Assembly: GCA_012295275.1 (NCBI GenBank)
Contig: CM022667.1
Span: 13,268,001-13,332,000 of the forward strand
Reading direction: 5' to 3'
Source: Chrysomallon squamiferum
Taxonomy: Eukaryota; Animalia; Mollusca
DNA length: 64,000 nucleotides
A model generated the notes under the pieces. The model worked only from the letters and a program-made list of their open reading frames with translations, ran no database searches and was not told the DNA's origin. Positions 42,396 to 57,752 of the stretch are shown piece by piece. Position numbers and translations under genes: made by a program. Each line of letters opens with the position of its first letter. Positions within the stretch are counted from its first letter, which is position 1.

Positions 42396-43659
42396 GACAC
42401 ATTCAGACAAACTCAGACACACAAACGCACATCCACACATCTTAATTATGACAAACTTTTTGACCGAAATACTTCAAAGCATGGTTTTATAATGTTAATG
42501 GTAAAATGTACCTCCTCTGACGGTGTTAAATTAGTGTGGGTGATTTGAATATGTCCTCATCAGTTCATCTGCATCTCTGTGATTGGTTTTGTGTTTCCTA
42601 ATTACGTTTCTTCACACTTACAACAAATTAGATCTCACTTTCTGCACGGATTTGCTATCAAACACGTATTTGATGGTCACGTGTCTTCAATATACTGTTA
42701 ATGAGCTTGGATGTGATCGAAATATCCTATTAAATTACGGAAGATGCGGGGGTGGAGATTCTTTCAAGACCTATACGTGTCTTCTGGTTTTCTTTAGCCC
42801 AATTTCATCAGTTAATACATTTATTCCCTTAGTTTGCCGAATTTAGATAATTAAGTAGTGTTACTTAATGAAATTCAGTTTGAAATAAAAGGAGAAGATG
42901 AAATAGATGTCGAGAAGATGACACATGTATAAATATATACACATTCACATATATATATATATATATATATCCACATTCATACTTACCATTGTTATTATTG
43001 TTGTTTATGATGATTATGCTGATATTGCTGAAGCTGTTGCAGTTGAAGCTGCTATTGATGTCGTTGTTTTTGTTGTTAATTTAAAATACTCATTACATTT
43101 TTGGAAAGTAGCAATAAAACAAGCATAAACCTTAAATACTGTATTCCAGTAACTCGCAAAGGTACTATTATGTGGCATCATAGCATTGTTGACGTCATAT
43201 TTACGTTTTTGTACGTTTTGTAGATTTTTGAGACGACTAACCACACACACGCGCACACACTGTCACACACACACACACACACACACACACTTATGCACAC
43301 ATTTTTGCAAAGAGAAAGGAACAAGATGAAAAAAGCAAAGAAAGTAAAATAATAATTATTTTAAATCTAATAAACCTTTAAACAGTAAGGTCAGATCTGT
43401 TATTTAGAGCACAGTTTTTTTTTTTTTTTTTTTCTTGTCGGAATTCTAATATATGTAATGCTCTGTACGTTACCGTAAATTATGTTATGTGACCAGTAGC
43501 AGGTTCATACCGTGATATTTATTCACACTCACAAAAAGCTAATGTGGCATAGCAATAAACCGGAAGCAAAACAAATTATTTTGACTGAAAATGACCGAGA
43601 TTAATCTCGAAAATTTCACACCGTCATCATCAGTTTTTCTCTGTTTATCATCACATGAT

Positions 43660-43671
43660 GATAACGATAAT

Positions 43672-43765
<94 letters not shown>

Positions 43766-43926
43766 GTGGTAGTAGCAGCAGTAGTATTAATTGTTGTGTG
43801 ATGGTAGTAGTAGACAAAGATAACAAATACAACAGCAATGTTATTATTACTACAGTTCCTACTACTACTACTACTACTACTACAACTACTATAACAACAA
43901 CAGCAGCACCACCAACAACAACAACA

Positions 43927-43957
<31 letters not shown>

Positions 43958-44035
43958 ATAATAATAATGGTAGTAGTAGTAATAATAATAATAAAAAGGT
44001 AGTAGTAGTGTAGTAGTAGTAGTAGTAGTAGTAAT
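43660..44035. repeat. Compound trinucleotide microsatellite (AAC)n(AAT)n...(ACT)n(AGT)n
   Basis: Direct reading; source of spurious poly-N/T/L ORFs. Confidence 0.95.
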
Positions 44036-44446
44036 ATGCAATTTGGATTTATAAAACGTATTTAAATCTTGATTTATTGAAAATGTTCTACCACTGTTAG
44101 AAGTACTATTAAACTGATGAATGCGAAACATGATCGAGAAGCTGTAACAAAATTTGCTGATCTTAACAGAATCGAAGCTAGTAACACAGTTTCGTGGCTG
44201 AACGGAAATTCACTGAAGAAGAATGAAGCACCATCGAGTACCATCTCTGTCAAAAAACGTGTCGTTGTCCATCGACCCCAGCCTCATTAGATTCCTGTTT
44301 ATTTAAAGGCACCGTATCGACTGCTCCAGTTGGTCTTCGAAGATAAAGTTAATATTTGTGTGCTCTGTTCTTAATGCAGATTACGACTAAGTTTTAAAGT
44401 TTGGTACGGTTTTCAATATCTTTCATATCGTTTCTTTTGTTTTTGT

Positions 44447-44485
<39 letters not shown>

Positions 44486-44619
44486 TTCTGTTGCTACTAC
44501 TACTACTGCTGCTGCTGCTATTATTAGTACTACTACTACTACTGCTGCTGCTGCTACTACTACTAGTACAACGCTTATTATTATTATTATTATTAATGTT
44601 ACTGCTGGTTTCTTTTTTG

Positions 44620-44691
<72 letters not shown>

Positions 44692-46132
44692 AAACCAAAG
44701 AATTACATTATAGAGGTTTCTGAATTCACGAGCTAGAACGAAAAATAACGGAGCTGAACCAGTGACGTCATAAAAAACTAATGAAAACATACCATCGTCT
44801 TGACCTTATTTTTATGTAATACTTTATTAGCAGTAAAGTTTAGTTACTACTACCAAATAAAATAACGATGTAGAACTTTTGTGGCACCATTTCTTTAACA
44901 CGAAATATCGATCTGGGACCCTCGAATCGGGAACCCATTCAAGTATCTCTCAATCGCGAGAAACCTGAAAACTCTGTCACCCAACCTGTGAATGGAGAAA
45001 ACGTTTAAATGTGTACATGTAAAAGTTTTCATTGAAAACTTCTGAAGTGGAGTGGAAAGCTGAACAAGTCTTGTTAAGAAGGTAGAGGCAGACAATGATT
45101 TTCCTTCAAGTTTTTACTTTTTATAAGTTTCTTATATACAAACACACACACACACACATACACAACAAAGCACACACTCAAACACACACACATAATTATT
45201 CTTTACACACATACACAACACACATAATTATTCTTTACACACATACACAACACAACATAATTATTCTTTCTTCAAAGGTTGTTTGGTGAACGAATGCAAT
45301 TATCTATTTTTAGTCGAAAAATACTGAAAAGATAACAGTTCGAAACAGTGAGAAGATTTTGTTGTTTGTGCTGTGTTTTTTTCTTTTTTCTGTACAACAA
45401 TTTTCAAACAACGAAAATCTTTCTTCTTCTTCTTCTGCTTTTCTGTATAATGTTAGTCTTTCTTGCCTTTTCTATTTTTTTTTTTTTTTACAATTTCTAA
45501 ATAACGCAAAACTGCTTTCCTCTCATTTTTTATTATTATTATTTTTTTTTTTTTTTTTACCCCCTTTCTCTTTGATTTATCTCACAAAATCTGAACGCAT
45601 GTTAGAGTGAATAAAGCCTGCAGATAATAATAAAAAAAAAAAAAAAAAAATAATAAACATGTACTTCGGGACGCATTATAATTACATGTAGGCGGTTTGG
45701 ATCCTGTTTTCAAAGTGGTTATTATGTTCAAGTTTGATCTCCGCTTTTCTCTCCTTCTTTTATAAACGGCAAGCAAAAAAAAAAAAAAAAAAAAACTCCC
45801 ACATGGTGATAATATTATAAGAAGTTGTTCCATAACAAATTATCTAACATTCGAGTTCGTGTTCGGATTGTTTATTGTTACAGGGTTTCAGGGATCGTTT
45901 AGTGCAGAGCTGCACATATCTGTCTCGTTTGTGACACTCGCTTTGTGTCGCGACGCAATTCACCTACGTACCTTTTGATATCTGCTGTAGATACGAGCTA
46001 GAGTAGTTGACGGAGACGTCAAAGGTTCTGGGATCGATTCTTGATAGTACTCCGATTACGTGACCCGGATCTTTTTTATTATTATTATTATTTTATTATT
46101 TTTTATTATTATTATTATTATTTTATTTTTTT

Positions 46133-46168
<36 letters not shown>

Positions 46169-46665
46169 TACAGACGAGTTAGTTATTCTGATAACTGGAC
46201 TCGTTTTAAAACAGTTTTAGTCCACAGTTTGTATAACGGAGGTCTTCGAAGCTGTTTTTTTTTTTTTCTGTACCTAATATATTACAAGCGCTTTCGATAA
46301 AAACTTTGTGAATTTCGAGAAAATAATAAATTATGTGTGACACAGCCGTGTTGACACTAGACTACGTTCTAACACGTAGCTAAACATACAGGAATCCGTG
46401 ACTTGATTGCGTTAAATTGAAATTAAATTTGTTGTGAAATAAAATAAATTAAATTTAAAAAAACCCAATGAAAACCCACACAAAAAGCTCCAAAAAAGAA
46501 GAACAAAATAACAACAAAAAAAAAACCCACAAAAAAAACAGCCAGTAAATACCTCCAACCAAACAAGTTAACAAGACATGCAGAAAAAAAAGGAACAAAG
46601 AATTAAAAAAAATAAAAAATGAAAGAAATTAAGATTTGTAAACAAAACCTTAGATTGCTGTTATT

Positions 46666-46706
<41 letters not shown>

Positions 46707-47137
46707 TTAATATTTAATTGCAGTTCTATGATAATTAAAACTACTGAAAAGTTCACCACGGAAGTGAAACAGAACTGTAAATAACCGCAATAACTGGGAT
46801 TACGTTGTTGTATTTTGTTCTTGTTTTCAAATATTTGAATTTTATATTACAGCAATATCAGCAGACGACAGTCTAATGTTTCCCGCGCTGTTTGGAGTTG
46901 TCGCCAAACGTAGAGAAATATGACAATATTTGTAGCAACACCGAAGTTTCTCAGAACCACCTGTATAAACTGCACCGTAAAACCTTTTCTTTCGTAACTA
47001 CAACGACAACATCAAGACGAGATTCAGCGAGACTTCATTGCCAGTCAAGGAAAACATGGACGATGTGTTCTTTTTTTTTCATAATGAAATGTCTGTAATA
47101 TTTTAACTTAATATTTTTTTATTTCACTATGTGCATG

Positions 47138-47178
<41 letters not shown>

Positions 47179-47199
47179 TGTGATATATGAACATATATT

Positions 47200-47247
<48 letters not shown>

Positions 47248-47567
47248 TCGAAAGAAACATCGTAAAATAAATAAAAATAGTAAAAGATCGAGAAATGTAA
47301 GAAATGTATTCGAACGCCAGTACCCGGATTCGAACTAAGATCCTAAAACAGCAATGTTTTATCATACAGTAAGAAAATGCCCTAACTGACCCCCAAAAAA
47401 AATATATATAACATTTCAAAACACTCATTTCAATGTAATTATTAAACTTTTGTTCGGTACTTTGTTTCTGCCATCTCAGTACTTCAGGAATCCTTTTGTT
47501 TTACTTTGTTTTTCGTTTCTTTTTCTCATCATTGATTGATACATGAGACGATTTACCTGAGTGCTGT

Positions 47568-47735
47568 GACATTCAGGTAAAGTTATGATAGGCAAGATAT
47601 GTCAGCAGCAGAAATGCTGAAGGAAACATTGATACACACACAATGTTAATAATTCAGAAGATTCTAAGTAGATATGTCGAGTGTTTTGTATGTTGAAGTT
47701 CAGAGTTACCTTGGTGCAGAACATTTACCGTTTGT
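47568..47735 (+). repeat. Left copy of 168-bp inverted repeat pair
   Basis: Reverse complement of 57068-57235; 5 mismatches in 168 nt, no indels by manual alignment. Confidence 0.95.
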
Positions 47736-47805
47736 TATTCGTGTTTATATGAACGTTTGATTTTCTTTGCCAGTGTATGTATTAAAGAGAAATATAATAG
47801 AAGAT

Positions 47806-47862
<57 letters not shown>

Positions 47863-48131
47863 TTTAAAAAATCATACCTGTTTGCATCAATACAAAGAAA
47901 ACACACACACACACATATATTAAAAAGAAATAATTACTCTCTCTCTCTTTCTCTTTCAAATATTTCATTACCTAAAAACACTCGTATTTTAACTGTTTTA
48001 CAAACTCATTTCTTATTTATTACCATTTGTTTTGTTTTCTTCTTTTCTTTTTCGGAGTATTTTTCTCTTTTTTTTTATGTTGTTTTCTTTTTTTCTTTTT
48101 TAGTTGTCTGCTACAAGAAAGAAACAATTAC

Positions 48132-48163
<32 letters not shown>

Positions 48164-48184
48164 CCGAATAAGTGTAATGTTTTA

Positions 48185-48375
48185 GACAGGTAGCACGTGT
48201 GAACATCTGCAGAAGTGTGCCTTCTGGAATGAAATGCGAAAGAATTCTCTCGTCTGCTTGTTGGCTGTCAGCGTCGTTGAAAGAACATCGTAGGCATCTC
48301 GACACGTGATGTTACGTTATGTCGAAGCTCCATTTATCACTTCACGAAAAATGGCGGTATCACCGGAAGTGATCA
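48185..48375. promoter_or_regulatory. E-box + YY1 + ETS motif cluster
   Basis: CACGTG near 48194 and at 48303, AAAATGGCGG at 48348-48357, CCGGAAGTG at 48363-48371. Confidence 0.3.
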
Positions 48376-48418
48376 ACAATACTACATTCCGCACAACCAC
48401 TTACATTAACTTCAGAAC

Positions 48419-48451
<33 letters not shown>

Positions 48452-48500
48452 AAAAAAAAAAAATGGAGAAAATTAAAAAGAGCAACTAATAAATAATAAT

Positions 48501-48545
<45 letters not shown>

Positions 48546-50085
48546 AATAAAATAATAAATAATAATAGCAGTTATTGTTGTAATAGTAACATTTGTAAAG
48601 AAAACAAAAATCAAACAATCATGAACAAATTTATAATAAATAAAAAAAAAAAAAGTAAGTAAATAAATAAATAAAAAATGCAAAAGATAATAACAATTAC
48701 AAAGACGAAGAGGAAAAAAGTTAGCGAGAAACAGAAGTAAAAAAAAAAAAAAAAAAATTAAAAATAACAGCCCAGCAACCTAATGACAAAGTACTGAACG
48801 GTTACTTCATCGAAATCATTATTTTTACAACGTAGAGCGGAGAGAAAAGCAAATATTTACAGTTCACATCTTTAGGTCTGTTAATAGATCGGTGTTAACG
48901 TCTTTTTCAGGTAATGCAGAAAGGTTAACATCCTTTGCTCTTGAACAAAATTCATTGTGACACTTCACGATCGCCGAAACAGATAACTTGCAGACGTTTA
49001 TATGCTTCAGTAATTATTTTAAAACCACAACTGGTTCCCAGCTGTCGTTCATTCTTTTATCTTCCATAATGTAGCGGAGCATTGTTAAAATGAACAGTGA
49101 AGAGAGATGAATGAAGATGTGTCTGCAAAATATATAGTCTTCGTTTTGTTTGAAATATTTTGTCGGAGTGAATTTGTAAATGAAGTTTTTTTTTTTTTTT
49201 TTTTTAAGATGATGGGAGGTTTAAATATGTTGTTTGGTTATTTATATGACTGCTTACGTACTTGTGTTTGGCGTTATCAGTTTCTTTTAATTTACTTGTT
49301 TCTTGTTTTGTTAAACACACACACACACATTATTTATTTACATGTCATTAGCTAACTGACAACAGACACAGTGTACGCTAACAATGCTTCTTTTTTTTCT
49401 TCAGGATTTCGATCAAGGAAAAAATTTTTACTTTCTTTTTATTATTCAAAAAATAACAGTATTTTCTAAAACGTAGCATCATGTTAATGAACAGTGTTTT
49501 TAAAAATATTTCCTATTTGTGAAGAGTACTTTACTCTCTATTTATCCAAAACATTTAAAAAATAGCATTTGATCATTAACGAAATATTGACTATATCAGT
49601 AAGAAATAAACAAATAAAAAACAATGACAAAAAAAAAAAAAAAAAATCATCCTCCTTTCTGGAATACTGATTCGCCAGTAATATTTTATCACCTATAGTT
49701 TGCCATCTGTAACATGAAAGAAGCTCAAAACAACGAAAAGAAAAACAAGAATAAATATATTATCAAGAGTATGTTGTAACTGGGTGTTTATGAGTGCATG
49801 TGTTTATTGTGTAATGTGTGTTTTTGTGATTATGTCTGTCTTTAAGATATAAAGCAGAAGGAACGAGAAAGGGAGAGAGATTGTAAGAGAAATGGACAGA
49901 CAGCTAAAGAGAGGAATTCAGACACACAGAGAAGGAGACGGGCAGACAGACAGGCAGACAGTGAGAGAGAGAGAGACAAAGAGAGAGACAGAGAAAGAAA
50001 TAGTGAGAAAGAGAGAGAAGAAGAGGGAGACAGAAAGAAAAAGCGAAACAGACAGAGAGAGAAAACGAGAGTCAGAGAAAGATGC

Positions 50086-50120
<35 letters not shown>

Positions 50121-51791
50121 GACGAACAGAGAGAAAGAGAAAGAGACACACACACACATATAACAAGAAACAGAAAATATCTACGGCGCCAGTGCATTAT
50201 TCGACACAAAGACCAAACATTTTTTTAAAAAGATATTCCATTAATACTGGTAGAGCGTTTTAGAAAATCCTCTGTATTTTAAAAGTAATAAAAATAGTAA
50301 AACTCGTTCCCATGATCGAAGCCCGGAGAAAGCGAGCATTGTTGGTGCGCACGCTGTCTGTCGACGGTTAGCTAATTTCGGGACAAAACCTTATGATTTA
50401 TAGAGATTCAAACCATTTAGAGTGAAAACAGAGCACAAAAATAAAACCCAACTATTTCAAAAAAAAGAAAAGAAAAAAAAAAAAGGGGGAAAAAGTCGGC
50501 TGTACCGATGTTTTGATAACGAAGAAATTTCCTACACTGACATCTGCATGTAACAAAACGAATTTAGGTAACAAAACGAATTTATTACTACACAGTGGAT
50601 CGATAAATAAATATTTAAAAAAAAAAATAAAAATAAATAAATAAACAAAAACAGAAAAAGAATACGTACAGAAAATTTGTTGCGAGGTCATTTGTGTAAC
50701 ATTTTAATTTTGGTAATTATGAATGAACGACGTAAAAATCTGAGTCTAACACTCTTTTACAGTTGTAGTAAAAGTTGCAGTTGCAGTATAGTGATAACAG
50801 TACTAGTATTAGTGGTAGTAGCAGATTTAATCGCTGTAGTGGTAGCAGTAGCAGTTATAGCAATAGTAGAAATCGAAGACATTGTAGTTATAATAGTAGA
50901 ATTAGTAGTAGAAGTATTAACAGCAGTTTTTATTGTGAAAATTGTAGTTGCAGGTATTGTAACAGTACTCTAGCAGTAATAATTACAATAGGTTTTAACT
51001 GCATTTAGTTATTATAACAGTAGTAATAGCAACAGTATTAGCATTAGGATTATTATTAGTAGAAGTTCTAATAGTAATACTGTTAATTACAAAAGCTGTA
51101 GTAATTATAATGAATGTTATTAATAGTTCCTGGTGTTGATGTTGATGTTGTTAACGTCGTCCCCGTATGATAGTGAAAATGACAACAATAATACGACAGA
51201 AAAAGAAAAAAAAAAATATCTAAGAAAAAAAATCTCCGTAATTTTTTTATTTACTTGCGAAATAACCTTTATTTTTTTTTTATCCCACCACGTCAGAAAA
51301 CAGCATTTCGTAACAAAGTCAAGATGGCAGCGGGATAAGCACTTGACAACATCAACGATGACGTCGGGTCAGACCCGTTTGTGTCAATACACAGTTTCTT
51401 TTTTAAGCCCGGCCATAAACTTGACGAGAACAATGACAAGAGCGCACACAAAAGACCATTCATGTTTGTAATAAGCAGCCAAGCTTTTACTTTGAACAAT
51501 TTATTGTCTTCAACATGGAGACTGCAAATATGTACTCAAAAACCAGGCCTTTTCGAGAAGTCGCAAGTCGGAGCGTTTACACAAAGTGTACAGAAAAAGA
51601 AAAAAAAATGTACACTGAATGTCTGTATACCTGTCAAGTAGGTTTATTAACATCTGTGAAGTGCAAATCGTAATTTTACTCGAGAATAAGTGTCGCGACA
51701 AAAAATAAAAAAAATCATGACAGAAAAAAAAAAAGTAAGAAAAAAATAATAATAAAAATTAAAAGTAAAAAAGTTAAAAATAAAATATAAT

Positions 51792-51862
<71 letters not shown>

Positions 51863-51909
51863 AAAAAAAAAAAAAAAAATAAAAAAAATTATAGTAGTTT
51901 AGAATATAC

Positions 51910-52330
51910 CATTTTCTACATAACTATTTCAACGACTGTTACACGTTTTCATAACTGTTACAATAATTGTTACAGGTTATTAAAATTTTTGCAGTAATAG
52001 TAACTATTTCCATTCCTGTTACAGTTTCGTATAACTATTAAAATAAACGTACTATTTCTACGACAGTTACAAACTGTTATTACTATTACAACAATTACAA
52101 CGATCTTTGTATGACTATTGCACATTCTTAAAACTCTTTCCATATTTTAATTATTTCTGTGACGGCTGCGAATTAGAAAAACTATTACAATAATTATAAC
52201 AATTTGTACACCTATTGCAAAATCTCGTAACTATTACTGTAATTGAAACTATTTGTGTAACTACTGCATGTTATTGCAGTACTTGTGAATACATCTTACT
52301 TCATTATAACTATTACAGTAAGGTTATAAT
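51910..52330. repeat. Highly decayed AT-rich satellite with AACTATTACA/AACTGTTACA core
   Basis: Many recurrences of taactatt/taactgtt/actattaca words. Confidence 0.6.
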
Positions 52331-52344
52331 ATTGTGGACACACA

Positions 52345-52371
52345 ACTTCGGACACTTCGGACACTTCGGAC
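52345..52371. repeat. (ACTTCGGAC)x3
   Basis: Direct reading. Confidence 0.9.
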
Positions 52372-52444
52372 ATGCGAATTTTGACCAATAAAGGAAATTA
52401 ACAGTAATTTATTTTGACCTCTTCTCTCATCCATTTTTCATTAT

Positions 52445-52745
52445 CTATCACTATTTCCATAATTTTCATTTATTTATTTACTTACTTACTTATTTCACTA
52501 TTTCCATAATTTTCATTTTTTATTTACTTACTTCCTTACTTATTTATTTATTTATTTATTTTACATTTATTTATTTGTACATTATTATTATTATTATTGT
52601 TATTTACTTACTTCCTTACTTATTTATTTATTTATTTATTTTATATTTATTTATTTGTACATTATTATTATTATTGTTATTTACTTACTTCCTTACTTAT
52701 TTATTTATTTAATTTTATATTTATTTATTTGTACATTATTATTAT
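52445..52745. repeat. Nested tandem duplications (about 47 bp x2 and about 75 bp x3) of a TTTA/TTAC-rich unit
   Basis: tcactatttccataattttcatt occurs twice; tttacttacttccttacttatt...tttgtacattattatt occurs three times. Confidence 0.85.
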
Positions 52746-52770
52746 TATTATTGTTATTATTATTATTATT

Positions 52771-52818
<48 letters not shown>

Positions 52819-53531
52819 GCTTTCGATAAAATTATTGTTAACATTGCTGATCTGTACCCTTTTTCTGTTTTTTGAAAAAGTAAAGAAAAATTCATAAAAC
52901 CCTTGTTTTGTTTTACTAGAAAATTTTACTTTCTAATTTTATAATAGTCACGTATAAACTACTTTTCCATAACAATGAACTCTTAACACAGAAAAGAATA
53001 AATTTTAATTTCATTACAGTGAAAAAAGTGGGCAATATTCTGCCAACATATAATTTTAACATATACTTTTAAAATGATAAAAATCTTAATATGCAAAAAT
53101 CGTATAAAACACTGCATTAAAAGGAGAGACTACCATCTGAAACCATCACGAACTGAATAAAAAAATCACATGTATTGTTTTAATTTTATAATTTTATTAT
53201 CAGTATGTGTAATAAATAATTCCCTGGGGGTAAATAGGTGTGGTCCTGTCATTTCAATAATAAAAAAAAAAAAAAAAAAAAAGAAAAAGAAAAAAGAATA
53301 GCGAGTATTGTTTACGATGAGAATTTATGTGTTTTCGACTGAATATTTTTTTTATTAAAAAGGTAGGAAATACTTTTTCAGTGATGTATAAGATGTGATC
53401 GATAAAACAGATCGTTTAAATCATGAGGAAGATGATGTAGTGAATTTAAAAAAAAAAAAAAAGAGGAATTGTTGAAATTAGAACCCACAATTTTGTTGTC
53501 GTCATGATGATGATGATCATTATCATCATAT

Positions 53532-53579
<48 letters not shown>

Positions 53580-53620
53580 GTATTAGTCGTAGTAATAGTA
53601 GTAGTAATAGTACTGTTGCC

Positions 53621-53655
<35 letters not shown>

Positions 53656-54241
53656 CAACATCATCATCAACATCGTTGTTGATTTTTGTTACTGTTGTTG
53701 TTGTTACTGTTGTTATTGTTGTTGTTATTGCTGTTGTTGATGTTACTATTGTTATTGTTGTCGTTACTACGTTGTTTTTATTCGACATCTTCTTTTCCTT
53801 CTTGTTCTTATTATTACCATTATTATTACTTTCGTTGATGCTGTTGCTGTTATTACTATCTTCGTTATATTTATTATTTTTCTCGTTTCATTAATATTAA
53901 TTCAATGTTATCATCATCATCATCATCATCATCATCATCGTCGTCGTCGATGTCGTCGTCATTATCTTTATCACTATAATCATTTTCCTTCCATTATCAC
54001 TGACTTCCCCTTGCTAAAATGTACTCCTAACATTTCTGACCATCCTAGAGTAGAATTAATTAAACTCGTCTAACATATTACAGATACTTATCAGAACTTA
54101 TCTTTGCCTCAGGGCAAAACCGAAACCAATAAATATCACGATTTATTTAGGTCCGGAGGACAATAACTAGTACCCTCTGTGTGAAACATAGCATCCACAG
54201 CTTAAAACGAAAAATACGGAAGAACTTATTTATTTATTTAT

Positions 54242-54272
<31 letters not shown>

Positions 54273-55278
54273 TTTGTTTGTTTGTTTATTTGTTTATTTT
54301 ATTTTGCTTGTTTGTTTATTTGTTTGTTTGTTTCCTTGCTCGTTTGTTTAATTAATTAATTGCATTATTTATTCACCTTAAATCATCCAATAGCTGTTTC
54401 TGCTTCTGTTACCTTTGCGTAGTTCAGAAGCGAGATCTGTATTGAGGACAACTCTGTATTTCAGAAAGGCCTTTGATTAATAAAGGTATGTACGAATAAA
54501 CCAGGCTTTCAATGAAGGCGTGTTTGTATTTAGGGTAGGCCTGTTTTTAACAAATATTCACTGTAAGTCATTTTACGCGATTTTTCATACTTCTTGCACA
54601 GTTAAATTATTTTTCATATTACTGCTGTCTTTTACATCTCAACAATTATTTATTGTTCCTTAATAAAAAAAATAATAAATAAAACAAACAAATAAATAAA
54701 ATAAACAAATAAAATAAATATGGTACTATATCATTTCTAATTATTTTCGCTGTTTTCAAAAGCACTTTCTGGGGTTTTTTTTTTTTTTTTTTTCATTTAA
54801 TTTAAAATTTTCACTCTTTTTTCCTTTCTTACATTCTCTTCTCCTTGTGGCATTTTTGTGTGTTTTCACGCCAAAACCGTAGTTTACGATAATATAAAAA
54901 TGTAAGAACTGATTTAGTGGCACTTAACGGTTTTTAACCGAACCGCCAGGTTGTGGTGAATGATCTGCTTTTTAATTAAACTGTCTGTAAAACCAGTTTT
55001 TTATATATTTTTTTAACACCTAAAAAATTGTACTAGCGGTTATTAAGCGTTCAATATAAACATTTCATACCTTTAACTGCCTACCTACCCATCTGTCTAT
55101 TTATGTGTTTATCTATCTGTCTGTCTATCTATCTGTCTGTCTGTCTGTCTATCTATCCATCTATCTGTCTGTCTCTCTGTCTGTCTCTCAGTCTGTGTGT
55201 GTCTGTTTATCTATCAGTATCTCTCTCCCGTTTTTACTCTCCATTTCTGCTTCTACCCCCTCTTATGCTCACTTTCCT

Positions 55279-55389
<111 letters not shown>

Positions 55390-56294
55390 CTCTTTCGGTC
55401 CTCTATCGACATATCTTCTCGCTCTCTGTCTCTATCACAGATACACACACACTCATACATAATTACATAGAACAGCATGTATATCCACACACTTATTTGT
55501 TGTATATTATGTACAGAATATTCGCTTCGCTTGCTCCCCTGAGTCACCGGGTGCAGTAGCGGCTCGGGGAGAATATTTAAATAAAAACCTATAATATACA
55601 GCGCGAATGCAAACAAGACTTTCATTATGTATCAGTCCAAAAACCACACACTTTACGATTACTAGTCATTATGAGGAGATGCAGTGATCCGTCCCTTTCT
55701 CTCTATCACTTTTTATTTTTTTCATTTTTTTCTTCTTCTTCTTTCTCTATTTCTTCTCCCTTTTTTTTATTATATTTTTTTTTATTTTCTATGTCCTTGC
55801 AAATATTTGTCTTTCTATTCTGGAAACTACGCGTCAGTATAAATGATTTATCAGTGGAAATTTGTTACCCGCTGTTTCACACTTACTGACCTATCTTTGT
55901 AGTTATATATATATATATTTTTTTTATCATTCTTTAGTTTTGCTCCTTTTCTTCTTCTTTTTTTCTTTCCCTAGTTTATAGCAGAGCTTCGCCTTTCATT
56001 CTTGACAGTGACTGTGAATTGATTCTGACTGGCGTACGAGAAGTGATTATGTTTGTAGTGACATCACCCGAATCATCGCGGTGTAATTATCTATGTGTAT
56101 GTTCTTCTGTGTGTGTATGTTTATACATAGACATGTATAAACATAAAACACACACACACACATACGTATATGCAAACATACATGCAATATGTATATAGAC
56201 AAGTACAAGCAAATATATATATATATATATATATGCACGAACACACAAATATTCAAATATATATAAACATACTTACGTCCATACATATATATAC

Positions 56295-56297
<3 letters not shown>

Positions 56298-56361
<64 letters not shown>

Positions 56362-56774
56362 AAAACAGACATACAAGCACCCAAACACATATACATATAT
56401 GTTGTACTCTTTCTTAACCCACTCTGCTCTCGTTTTAACTGTTTAAACATGTTAACCGAAGTTTAAATCTTAATTAGATAGAATGAAGAGAGTTTGAGAG
56501 TGGGACCCTGTATGTATCTTGTTTTTTTTTGTTGCTTTTTTTTGTCTTTTTTTTTTTTTTTTGTTTTGTTGTTGTTTTCAAGTTTTTGTGAACAAGAAAA
56601 ACTTCAGATTTTTCGGGTATAAACTTACATACATGTGTACCCACGCAGTCGAGCACAAAAAGTAAAATAAGAAGTTAGATAGACGTGTTTGTTAATCTTT
56701 TATTCTCTTATCTCTTTCTCTCTCTGTGTGTGCGCGTCTCATAGCTCCGTTTCTCTCTCTCGGTATTTGTGTGT

Positions 56775-56839
<65 letters not shown>

Positions 56840-56847
56840 TGTGTGTA

Positions 56848-56879
<32 letters not shown>

Positions 56880-56910
56880 TGTGTGTGTGTGTCTGTGTGT
56901 GTGTGTGTCT
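56298..56910. repeat. (CA)n tract followed about 400 bp later by a long (TG)n tract
   Basis: Direct reading. Confidence 0.95.
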
Positions 56911-57067
56911 TTCCTATTTTCTTTGTTTTGTAGGTTATTTTATTGTTGTTGTTATTGTTGTTGTCGTGGTTGCTGCTGCTGCTGCTCTCTTTCTGTTTAA
57001 GGAACACTTGCAAGCAGAGTATCAAACGTTCAAATAACCACACATAACAAAAACCCAACAACAACAG

Positions 57068-57235
57068 ACAAATGGTAAATGTTCTGCACCAAGGTAACTC
57101 TGAACTTCAACATACAAAACACTCGACATATCTACTTAGAATCTTCTGAATTATTAACATTGTGTGTGTATCAATGTTTCCTTCAGCATTTCTGCTGCTG
57201 ATATATCTTGCCTATCACGACTTTATCTGAATGTC
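57068..57235 (-). repeat. Right copy of 168-bp inverted repeat pair
   Basis: Reverse complement of 47568-47735. Confidence 0.95.
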
Positions 57236-57460
57236 GTAGAAGAAATCAGTAATGAGAAAAAGAAAACAAAACAAAAGTTGTCGATATAGTGTTGGTGCTC
57301 CACAAAATGTACAGCATTAAAAAAAAATAAATAAATAAAAATAATAATAATAAAATAAAAAATAAAATAAAATAAAAATAATAATAAAAATAGGTAAATA
57401 AATAAAATAAGTTCTAAATAAAAAGTGAATAAGTGAATGCTTTCGTTCAAAAGCATATAT

Positions 57461-57525
<65 letters not shown>

Positions 57526-57577
57526 CAAGCAAACAAACACATATGCACACGTAAATATATATAATATATACTTAATG

Positions 57578-57625
<48 letters not shown>

Positions 57626-57720
57626 CAACAACAACGACAATAACAACAGCAACAACAAAAACAACAACAATAAATTTAAAAAAAAAGTATTTAAAAAAAT
57701 AAGAAAGAAAAGAAAAAAAA

Positions 57721-57752
<32 letters not shown>

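Noticed and set aside
47599-47649. MSAAEMLKETLIHTQC* in the inverted repeat, resembling the P450 KETLR motif
   Set aside because: Lacks the Arg, stops immediately, and has no other similarity to the P450.
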